This document shows positions 13,083 to 23,411 of a DNA stretch of 64,000 bases, piece after piece. Position 1 is the stretch's first letter, and the number at the start of each line of letters is the position of its first letter. Source of the DNA: Oopsacas minuta (taxonomy: Eukaryota; Animalia; Porifera); the NCBI GenBank assembly GCA_024704765.1, contig JAKMXF010000288.1, forward strand, positions 124,001-188,000. Direction: 5' to 3'. The notes under the pieces were generated by a model that saw only the letters and a list, made by a program, of their open reading frames with translations, made no database searches and was not told the origin of the DNA. Made by a program: the position numbers and the translations under genes.

Positions 13083-14693
13083 TTACATTATTGTAATCAT
13101 ACTCTGCAAGATCTTAATACTGAAAGTGTAATACGTTACAGAAGGGAAGTATATAAGAATATTTGTATTAGTTTATATTGTTGGAATTATCAGTAAGATA
13201 TTTAACAGTAGAACGTCTTATCCGAGTTCTACTGGATATGATTACGTATATCAAGTGGACTAACCTGTGAATGAGATTAGTTTCTAAGGAAATACTAGCA
13301 TTTGGGATACCTACAAAAAGGAGATAAATACTAATATGTATGTAAGTACCTCTCGTTAAATTGGGAAGTAATACTAATTAGATGAAGTTCCAAACGGACC
13401 TTAGAGTTCTCATAGTTCAAACACTGTAATACAAACATGAAATTAACAAGAACATCCGAATAAGGAGTTTTGAATTGTCCCCAATGGAAACTACCATACT
13501 TACCTAGTTTCCTGTCTTTCTTTTTCTTCTTATTAGAAAACACCATCTCCTCTTGACAATCTTCAAACCCTATATCTCTCTCTGTTCCCCACTCATCTCC
13601 CATAGCCATACTATCCTCCTCTGATACTCCTCTCCCCTTAGGATATATCAGAGTCTTAACTATTAATTTCTTCTTTATAGCAGGACATATCTTCTTACTA
13701 GTGTTACGTACAGACGGTGGTATACGAACTCCTATAAATAGAGTAGTATATCCTAGGATAGCGGTCAGATTACTCACGTACTCTATGAGTGAATTGAGAG
13801 TTTATTTGCAATTTATGAGACCTTGTATTATAAATATGAATGATTTCAAAGACACACAACACCACTTGGCCCCTAGGTAGTATATTATTAAGAATATAAC
13901 CTAATACCTTTGTTATTACGATTATTCCTAGATAAAGGCTGTTCTATGTTGTTTAAGCGATGAGGTCTGTTTCTACGAGAAATATTATTATTATTATTAT
14001 TCTTTTGTATGGAATGGTCTAAGCTACCATCTTCTAGCTCACTCCAGCTCTCTGGTATCTGGAAGAATAGATTATAGTGTATAATACAGTGGATGCTGGT
14101 TATAAGAACATAATCGGGAATTACATGTAATATTCTTTTAACGCTTATATCGCTTATAGGAACACACTTGGGGATAGCAAATAATATTCTCATAACTGAT
14201 ATTATCGTATTGCCAGCTACGTTATACATGAATAAATGTGAACCTCTTTCCAGAGCATTTTATTATATCTAGTATAATGCAACCTCTATAATCGGGAATT
14301 CTACTTATAAATTCTTGAATATTCAATTCTTGTGCAGTGGCGTAGCAAGCACTTTTGGTACCCGGGGCGGAATCTGAAGTTGCTTTTATAGGATTAATCA
14401 TATTTTCACACCTTTTGGCCAATATTTCAAAATGACTCTGACACTTTCCAATGTCTAACAACAATATTTACAAACAATTTTCATTCTCTTAACTAATATT
14501 AAAATGGATTAAAATTACCTACCAGCTGATTTCTAACCGGCTCTGACCCTGTATGTGGAATAACTATCAAATCTGTATGCAATATTCCTACTAGATCATC
14601 TCCAGCATTACTACCAAGATATATATCATCTTCTAATGGTGAACAGCTACTGGAGTATTGAGCTATAAGAGAGGGCTTACATCTCAATTCCAT
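13083..14693 (-). CDS. Unrecognised ~304-aa protein, 6 exons (14693-14519, 14454-14228, 14058-13908, 13782-13504, 13310-13265, 13119-13083)
   Basis: All five introns are GT-AG and join in compatible phases (1,0,1,1,2), giving 915 nt with no internal stop. It contains an Asn/Arg-rich low-complexity exon and a KKKKKDRK basic cluster. No family recognised; the first and last exons are least certain. Confidence 0.6.
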
Positions 14694-15826
14694 CTTATAA
14701 ATGGAATACACTAGCCCTTCTATTAAGGAATAGCATAGAATGAGCGTGTATCTTATCCTTAATATTATACAGAATAAATATATGTAAAGTCAACTCTGGT
14801 TATAACCAAGTTGGATATTACGAAATTCCCGCAATAACGAAGTGATTCTTTCCCCCCTATAGCTTGAAAGTAATTGATATTAGTCCGCTTACAAAGAAAT
14901 GAAACCGGAGTCCTGAGCACTTCGTTGTAACGAGAGCTTACTGGAATTCTAATCGTATATCACAAAGAGTTGCTAGTTGGTAAGTGAATATCGAGTTTTT
15001 GGGGGAATTGGGTTTTCGATTCGATTTATTAAGCTCATATTAAACGCATATGGCGTAATGAGTACATCCTTAAATATTTTCCATTAGGATCCGTTCAAAA
15101 GTTGTAACGTTACCTAAGGAAGCCAAAATGTAAATATCCTACTAACAAATAATGCCTTTGATAATCTGATTTGCATTTATAAGATATATAGGGTCCAGTC
15201 TATAAGTGGCTGTTCAAATGTGACGTAACGTAAAGTTCGCGAAAATTAGACCCCTTCCCTGTTTCACGTTTTTTGCAATAATACAAAATAACACACCACG
15301 AAAACCCCCGCATTTGGCCTGTTTTGGCAAGATACATTAAATATTCCTTCGAATAAGTAATCGCAACGAATACATAACCAGATCCAATTCACCTAAATAA
15401 CAGCAGTAACCCATATACATACATGCAAATACACACCCAAGAATCAAATATAACAAATATACAAATTAATTGCCATGAGAGAGTTTAATTTCTATTGAAA
15501 TATGTAATAAGACACACGCAGAAGTGATCCAATTGTCACTAGTGTACATAAGTAGTGTTCTCGCGAATAAAGATTGAATGTACTTTTATTAGAGGATATT
15601 CAAATGATAATTCGAGTGAGTACTTGTGAAAATCAAAGTTCGTTGAAAGAGAGTGAGAGGAGAGTGAGCGAAAGAAGAAGAAACTTGAAAATATTTTTGA
15701 GAGAGCAATAATGAAATTATAATTATGATAAATTGCAGTCGGAATCATTTCAGGTTTTGAATCTCATAATTTCGGTAAATATGATTACGTGTTGATAATA
15801 TTATACTATTTTGTGTTGGCTTGTTT

Positions 15827-18424
15827 CTACCATTCGTTGCTGATGGTTAAAACGCCTGTTTCAGATTTTAAAAATGAAGAGTTGAGCTTTGTAATATTAC
15901 TGAAGTTTAACGGTGTTGACGAACCCATTGGTGATTCACTCGAGGTTATTTTAAGGTTCATTAACTCGGGGACAAACTCGTTTGCGTCAGCATTAAGTTT
16001 GCTACTGGCTGATGAGCTAAGCGGCAGAGTGGATCGGTTCAGATTAAAACCGTTACCTATGAGTATGGGGCTACTTGGCTGACGAAGAATCTCGAGGTCT
16101 AGACTACGATTGAGTTTCTGAATGTCAGAGCAGCTGGGTGTACGAACTGGCCGAGATACACTATGTAATTTGATAATCTCAATAGCAACGAGTTTTCTAG
16201 TTTTCTCGTTTAAAACTAGTTCGCATTCAACTTCATCACCAGCTAGTAGAGGCGCACCATGGATAACAGAACTCATTTGAAAGTAGAAATTACTTTCTTC
16301 ACCGATTATGTTAATAAACCCATACATACCTCTCATGTTCTCCTTAACAAGCTCGACGACACCGCGATACCGCTTAATCTGCTCCTGTGGTATAGTGACA
16401 TTAACCGCACGGACCTGGCGAGTGACCGGATGTATTCCGATCTGAAAAGTTACCTTTTGGTGGAGCTCTGGATTGAGCTTTGGTGTTCGTAGACTAGATG
16501 ATGAGAACGGGAGGTTGGTCGGTAGATAAGGGTTCGTAGCGAGATGCGATTCATCGGGAGTGATTTTGCCATGTGAGCTCTGTTCCGCTCCTTTCCATTG
16601 CGCGGTGACTATTCCCTCAAAAACATTATTATGAACTTCCTCGCGAATTATAGTGCCTGCTGGTATAAGATGAACTGAAATAGCACTGATCTTAGAATTC
16701 TTTACTCCCTGTGTATATTTCACTTCACTACCGATATCAATATCAGAGGTTTTCGCGTCTTTTAGAGCTGAAAACTGGAAGAAAGTTTCCATAGTGTGGT
16801 CTTCACGTTCAAGAAATCCATAGCCATCCTTGAGACACGACACAAACCCGCGAAATTCTACATCTTCACATCTTTTCGACACGACAATATCCACCGCATG
16901 ACACGCACTACCTCCTTTAGTCTGTGTAACGTGGAATATTACAATATCCCCTATCAGCGGGGTATTCTCGTTCTCAAAGTATAAGATGCGTTCTAATTCC
17001 CCTTCTGGTGTCCAATATTGAATATTCCCAAAACCGTCTGTGGACGATGCTTTCTGAGCTAGCGTATTACTTGGAGATGTGACGTCACGAGTCTGTGGAC
17101 GGAATTCCTTGACAATCTCCCCCTCATATGTTATATCAGATGTCTCTAAAGCGATTGTACCTTCTGGTAACTTCTTAATACGGATTGCTAATAGCCTCGC
17201 GGTTACTGGCTCCTCTGCTGTTGAGAATTCTACCTCAGAATTAACCTGTACTGTCTGGTCGGAATCTACAATCTCTGAAAAGTGGAAAAATATTCTTGCC
17301 TTTCTCTCCGCACAACGGATAAACGCATAGCCATCTTTCACGGTAACTACTATGCCTGATTCGCGGCTTTTCGTATCTTTATCAATCATTTCCTCTAGGG
17401 TAACACGAGTAGCCCATTTATTCAGATTACGTTTGTCACTCATAACATGAAAACTCACTAGATCGCCTTCCTTTAGTGTATATTTATTCACCATATCATT
17501 TTGAGAGAAGTCCAGACGCATACCAGCTAAGTTATCACTAATAATCTCGCCGTTGCGTGTAGTGACGTGTTTCTGTTTACCATTGGGTACAGGTAACATC
17601 GTAACGGTTCCTTTGTATAGCTCTTTTGATATTTCCTTGATTACTACAGTTTCCGCGGGTAGGAGCTTAACCTGGGTAGCCTGGAGCTTGCCCCCGCTCA
17701 TGATAGGTACGAATTCAACCGCGGCTAGTAGCGTAACAGCATTAATGTTGCTTTGGAATTCACTAAAATGGAAGTATACCTCTTCTACTACATCTTCCCT
17801 GTCTATAAAACCGTACGTACTACGTAGGGAGCTTATGACCCCCCGGAGGAATGGTGGTAACACCGGCTCAACTACGATTAATCGGCGGGCCATTGTGGTG
17901 TGTGTACGCTTATCAACTGCGATATAGAAGGACACTTTATCTCCCTTTTTGAGTCCCTGATTGTTGACAACATCTGAAGCATCATATGGGATGAAAAAAC
18001 ATTCTCCGCTTTGGTTTACAACAATTTGTCCATTCTTTGGACTGTGTGGAGAGTTTGGTATGCGTTTTTGTAGGGTTTTAGTTGGGCTAACGGATGGAGC
18101 AGATTCTTGGATAACATGACCGAATAGTTTATCAGGAGTGACTATTTCAAATGAAACTGAACCTTTCGGAAGCATCATAAGACGTCTAGCGATCAATTTA
18201 CCGTTTTTCTTATCTGTGCCGACTTCAAATTCAACTTCCATACCAACTTTGAGTGCCTCCGGTCCCATAAACTGAGACTTATGAAAGAATACAGTAGCAT
18301 CTCGCTCACAACATGCGATAAAACCGTAATTCTCCATCAACCGTTCGATTATTCCGGTTTCACGCATGACCTTTAGCGTTGTCTGGGGCATTTGATGGAT
18401 CTTCTGTAGCGGAGACGCGAGCAT
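15827..18424 (-). CDS. CSDE1: Cold shock domain-containing protein E1 (UNR), intronless CDS, with SUZ-C-like and PAM2 motifs at the C-terminus
   Basis: Repeated CSDs (RETGIIERLMENYGFIACCER..VFFH; YGFIDREDVVEEVYFHFSE; KDGYAFIRCAER..IFFHFSE; KDGYGFLEREDH; YGFINI), then LRQPSSP..GNGF and KLNADANEFVP. First ATG is at 18424. Confidence 0.93.
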   Translation of the reverse strand: MLASPLQKIHQMPQTTLKVMRETGIIERLMENYGFIACCERDATVFFHKSQFMGPEALKVGMEVEFEVGTDKKNGKLIARRLMMLPKGSVSFEIVTPDKLFGHVIQESAPSVSPTKTLQKRIPNSPHSPKNGQIVVNQSGECFFIPYDASDVVNNQGLKKGDKVSFYIAVDKRTHTTMARRLIVVEPVLPPFLRGVISSLRSTYGFIDREDVVEEVYFHFSEFQSNINAVTLLAAVEFVPIMSGGKLQATQVKLLPAETVVIKEISKELYKGTVTMLPVPNGKQKHVTTRNGEIISDNLAGMRLDFSQNDMVNKYTLKEGDLVSFHVMSDKRNLNKWATRVTLEEMIDKDTKSRESGIVVTVKDGYAFIRCAERKARIFFHFSEIVDSDQTVQVNSEVEFSTAEEPVTARLLAIRIKKLPEGTIALETSDITYEGEIVKEFRPQTRDVTSPSNTLAQKASSTDGFGNIQYWTPEGELERILYFENENTPLIGDIVIFHVTQTKGGSACHAVDIVVSKRCEDVEFRGFVSCLKDGYGFLEREDHTMETFFQFSALKDAKTSDIDIGSEVKYTQGVKNSKISAISVHLIPAGTIIREEVHNNVFEGIVTAQWKGAEQSSHGKITPDESHLATNPYLPTNLPFSSSSLRTPKLNPELHQKVTFQIGIHPVTRQVRAVNVTIPQEQIKRYRGVVELVKENMRGMYGFINIIGEESNFYFQMSSVIHGAPLLAGDEVECELVLNEKTRKLVAIEIIKLHSVSRPVRTPSCSDIQKLNRSLDLEILRQPSSPILIGNGFNLNRSTLPLSSSASSKLNADANEFVPELMNLKITSSESPMGSSTPLNFSNITKLNSSFLKSETGVLTISNEW

Positions 18425-18729
18425 TTTATCCGGTAAGTGACGATAAAACTTTACAACCACAAACTAGAATATGTAAATTAAGATAATAAGAAACAGGGAC
18501 TATTTAATTCTGCTTTTATAAGAGTTTAAAGTCTACCCGCCAGAACTTATGGAAAATATGTTAAAATCTAAAAATATGCTTTGAAATGGTAAGAAATTCA
18601 AATCAAATTTTTGATATTAAATCGGTGAAATATTTTCTGATATCAGAAAACGGAAGATTTAGATTAGCTATGATACAAATTATAGGAAATTCTTCTGAGA
18701 ATAGAAATTGTAGGACAAAATTGTATACA

Positions 18730-18828
18730 CAGTGAAACCTCCACAAATGGGAGGACGGGTGGCATTTTCGGCGTAGCTAGGAACCCTGAAAATGCTACCC
18801 CGTCCTCCCATTTGTGGAGGTTTCACTG
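18730..18828. mobile_element. MITE family B (TIR CAGTGAAACCTCCACAAA), near-perfect 99-bp palindrome
   Basis: 30-bp perfect inverted arms extending to ~40 bp with an indel. Related copies at ~11819-11896, 22590-22633, 47085-47213, 49215-49272, 53868-53940, 61950-62031 and 63368-63475. Confidence 0.85.
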
Positions 18829-19932
18829 TACAAGAACGAAGTATAGTCTGCTTCGTATTTTTCATTTCAATATAGAAGTTCAGTTATCTACCTCATAAAT
18901 CAATCTGTGTTACGAAGTGTAATACCATTTAATGTCTCGAATAAGAACATTGAAAATACTTTTAGATATTCCATACTATTGTTCTCCTCAAAATGAATAT
19001 ATCTTTTCTGTATATTGATTGTATTGCAAATATCAGAAGAATAGCATTTTGATAATCAAATCCTTTTGCATTGAGTGTGATAAGATATCAGGGGGTATAT
19101 TCCAATAATACCGTATATATATTAGTGAGGCTGTAAGCTAAAATAATATCCAAAAATAAGTCTGAATGCTTCTGGAAATGGATAATACAGAATCATATTA
19201 GAGTCAACTCCCAAGATATTGAAGCTGAAGGGACCGCGATAATTACCTCGATATAAGTGAGTCCATATGACCGGTGAAATATATGCTACTTTCACGGTTT
19301 TGGGACTTTGGGACCATATTTCATTTGTATAATTTCAGACTTCAACGTATAGGGTACTGGTCAAAAAAATCACGGATTATGAGAAGGCCCTCAAAATTTT
19401 AACTGGTTCCAAGGTAGCGGACTAAGGCATCAACCTATGTAGAGATATCGAAGTGTTCTAGACGGCTAAAGGTGAAATCTCTCATAATTCGTAGCTAACT
19501 CGATTTATTCATTACAACCGGAGTTGACTGGATTGGCAGTATTGAAAAGTTACTGTATTATCTAAGCCAAGCATCCTTTCTAGCCTCAAAATATGTTTTG
19601 TTGATTTCCAATTCAAGATACAGAATAAAGGTTAATTTTTGTGGGTTACGTTAGTGAAAGTATTGACGTAAGTTTAGTAGAATAAATAACCTTAATTTTC
19701 AATTTTCCTGGTAACTGACAAGCTAGTTCATATGACGAATAATTTAGTAGAAAGCTAGACAGGAGGGGAGAATTCTTATATATACACAAATGTGTACCTG
19801 GATAATGTAAATACATTTTATTTACTTCCCAAAGCTATACAAATTCTCTATCGAGAAGAATTCCTTTTTAGAATTGATAACAAACAAGTGTATCAATAAT
19901 TTTTATTCCATAAATATTGACAAAATAGAGCT

Positions 19933-22420
19933 ATGACAGAAGGGACATTTGTATCGATGGATTTCAATCTTCCTATTAGAGATAAGCCAGTGAGTCATGC
20001 ATTCTCAGAAGTTCCAATTTGTGAACAGTGCGGTCAAGAAGAACCGCCCTTCTTCAACATGGATTGTGCCTACTGTAAACACATTCTAAATTCCCCATCA
20101 ACAACTGTATCACAGATTTTCGCGATAATGAGACAATGGGCGCCTAGTACGCAGCGTAAAATCGGTCTGTTGGTGGAGGAAGCGATCAGGAGGGGGGCAA
20201 ACGTGAATGACAGAGACTCACTGACCGATATGACTATGTTACACTACTGTGCAAAAGCAGGAGCTGCTAAAATAGGGAATTTGGAGGGAGTAATCGCGGC
20301 TATTCGCACTCTGCTGCATAGTGGTGTTAATGTAGAGGCTAGATGTAACTGGGTTGATATGACAGCTATTCATTTCGCTGCGCTTTTCAACGCACCAGAT
20401 GTGATACTCATTCTTGTGAGAGAGGGAAATGCTAATCCACAGGTTAGTTTGGATATATGCAATCGAATTTTACAACTTTCATTTGTATAATACAATAGTG
20501 TCGTTAGGGAATTATCCAGACAATCCCAGCTGATATTCAAGGTGTACACAAATTCTACAAAGATTTCCGATTTATAATACAAAATGTATAGTCAAGGAGC
20601 GACAGCCATGGAAGATAATAGCTTTTGATCTGTACGTAATTGCTCCATCAACTTCACGTTATTATTATTACAAGGATTGAAGTATCCTGAATTTGCGGAA
20701 TTGTCTAACATTTCATCCATGGTCTTAGATATTAAATTCTTTTCAATATTTACCCAATTATTTCTCTATATTTATAGGTGTTGTCTCATGAGCATGATGA
20801 TGGTAATGCATTACATATCGCAGCTCGAGCCCTTGCCCTAGACGCTATCCGTGTTCTGTTACGTCTGGACTGTGACCCTCATCTAGAGAACTCGAAATCC
20901 CTCAAACCGGTAGAGTGTATGCCTGAGAAATACGGACACATACAATGTGAGCAATACAAGATTCTAGAAGTAGTGGATAAGATTCATCAAGAATTTGAAG
21001 CATTTGAGTCTCTGAATGTAACTCAAGCTCGTTCCAGAAGACAAGCTGAAGATCCACAAACACAAAAAGATACCACAAAGAAAGACCGGCATCTTATTCG
21101 ACGAGAATCCGGCTCATTTAGTAACCTAGAATCACTCGGGCTTAAAATTGGAGATCGAGTTTGTGTGAATAGGAAACGGAATGGAATTCTTCGGTTTTTC
21201 GGTAAAACTGATTTTCAATCCGGTCTGTGGGCTGGTGTCGAATTAGACGAGGATAGTGGTAGAAATGACGGTTCTGTCGGTAACTACCGGTATTTCTCAT
21301 GCCGACCTAATTTCGGTATATTCTGTGTTCCTTCAAAACTCGATCCTATAGCAAGTCCTGAATTACAACACACTTCAAGTAGTATGGATAACAGAGAACG
21401 GAGTGAATCTGGTCTCGCGGATCTCCCCTCGCTCCGTCCCAGCAGCAGTAGTGCAACTTCAGGTACTAATATCAGTAACTCTGTATCTTCTCCTTATCTA
21501 GAACTAGGCGCTAATGTCACTCTTGCAGGAGGGAAGAAGGGTGTGATTAGATTTATAGGAGATGTCAAGTTTCAAACTGGACAATGGGTGAGTGTTAAAA
21601 TTAACCTTATCTCTCCTTCAAGAATTAATGAATATCAATTAGCTAAAATCAACGATACTCTACCGTATATGTTCTAACGTTAGAAATACATTAGAATATC
21701 TTAGTAGGGTAGAACTGTGATATGCGTAATCTTCTTGCATATAACAGTTCTGATTCATTTAATACATTCCTTATTCGGATAATTGTACTCTTAGTAAGTC
21801 TTATCCGAGTTCTACTGCACTGTATTAAAGGACATATTTGCATACCAATAATTCTTCATCTACGTATTCTTTGCTTTTCGTTTAACTGGCGTTTACTGTA
21901 TGTTTAGGTTGGAGTTGAGTATAATGAAGCAATCGGTAAGAACGATGGTTCGGTAGATGGAATACGTTATTTCAGATGCAAACCAAACTATGGAGTATTT
22001 GTAACTCCCAGTAAGATATTCAGAGACGACATTCCACAAGGAAACAACCGGACAACCAGAGTAAATACGTATGACTCCGCTACGACAGCTCGTCGGAAAA
22101 AACTATCAACATTAAGGTCCTTAAATTTAAACACAAGTACTAGCGCCCCCAAAACACCAGATTTAGTCTTAGCAGAGGGAATGAGCGTATTCTACCCAGT
22201 TCAGAGAGAAACAGGTATTATCAAATATATGGGACCAACCGAATTGGGAGAGGGTCTATGGCTAGGGGTGGAGTTCAGTAAGCCAATTGGTAAACCGGAT
22301 AGTAAGGTTAATCTAAGAGATTATTTCAAATGCAGACCGAATTTCAGTTTGTTGTTACGACCTTCTAAATTGACTTATCGCGGGATCAATTGCATGAAAA
22401 TCCTACCTTCATTATCTTAG
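19933..22420 (+). CDS. CLIP4: CAP-Gly domain-containing linker protein 3/4-like (ankyrin repeats + 3 CAP-Gly); exons 19933-20442, 20778-21587, 21908-22420 (610 aa)
   Basis: IFAIMRQWAP...NVNDRDSLTDMTMLHY, ankyrin repeats, and CAP-Gly motifs GLWAGVELDEDSGRNDGSVG, WVGVEYNEAIGKNDGSVDG and GLWLGVEFSKPIGKPDS. All junctions are phase-0 GT-AG. Confidence 0.88.
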
Positions 22421-23411
22421 CTTATCTATTCTACTGTAACTCATAATATTCTTATTTTCATATTTAAATATTCTCGCATATTTACTGGTTAAAATTTATA
22501 ATATTTCATTCTGTAATGGGATTTAGTAATTGGGTTAATTGTGTATCAGCTGATATTTGTGTATAGTGTAATCTCCATAAACAAGGTGCAAGGGACTCCG
22601 AAAAATGCTACCCCGTTTTGTGGAGGTTCATTTGTATGGGATTATTAATTCGCTCGTTTCCTCAGGCTCTGTTTGTGAAGGTTGCTCTGTAGTAGATCAA
22701 ATAGGTTATGAAGAGCTGTTTAATAGTTTGAGATTTCATCTTGATTATTCCAGAAGTAGCTATAATTATCCCTCTTCTGTCGGGCACATATATACATGCT
22801 GAGAGCCATACTAGTTGAGGTAGACAGCTTTTGCCTGGATTTCTAATTTTATATCCAAATAATATGAATTTTTCACTATGTTTCCTGGATATTATGTCAG
22901 ATACAGGGAAGGTATCAATATCTCTGTGGCCAGAGAATAACCAAGTTTATTCATACGACTACGGGTTGTGAAACACTGACATAGAAAGTTGTTTGTTTGC
23001 TAATTAATAATGTTATTATACGTACAAATTGAAACAACATCAAAAATTATATTTACACACACAATCACGTAATAATTAAATAAACAAAGCTATTCACATA
23101 TAACAGAGAATATAATTAAGAAATAACTCCCTGGCATATTAATAATTAATACATTTTTACGTGTGGAAATATATGAACCGTAGTAAGATTATCCGGATTT
23201 TTAACATACACAGAAGTTTGTCAGAGACTTAATGTCTGAATTTATTTTGGTTAATGTCAATCCCTGTAATCTTGTTGTCTCTTACACGTATCGAGTTTAA
23301 TTACAGGCGCCAAATGGGAATATATATGTGTGTATATAGATTATATATTTTCTTAAATATTAACTTATCTACTGCTAAATCAAACGTTTTTTGCAATTAA
23401 ATAATCGGGGA

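Noticed and set aside
11131-17927. Antisense ORFs (11131-11604, 15789-16082, 17079-17330, 17553-17927) and similar ones opposite NOB1, the Ig gene, TNKS and the carboxypeptidase
   Set aside because: They are shadow ORFs of real genes on the opposite strand and have no independent motifs.
18680-18865. 61-aa ORF across the palindrome
   Set aside because: It is a translation of the MITE hairpin.
22640-22990. Coding-looking stretch between CLIP and the Ig gene
   Set aside because: All frames are interrupted by stops, and no consistent splice model or recognisable motif was found.
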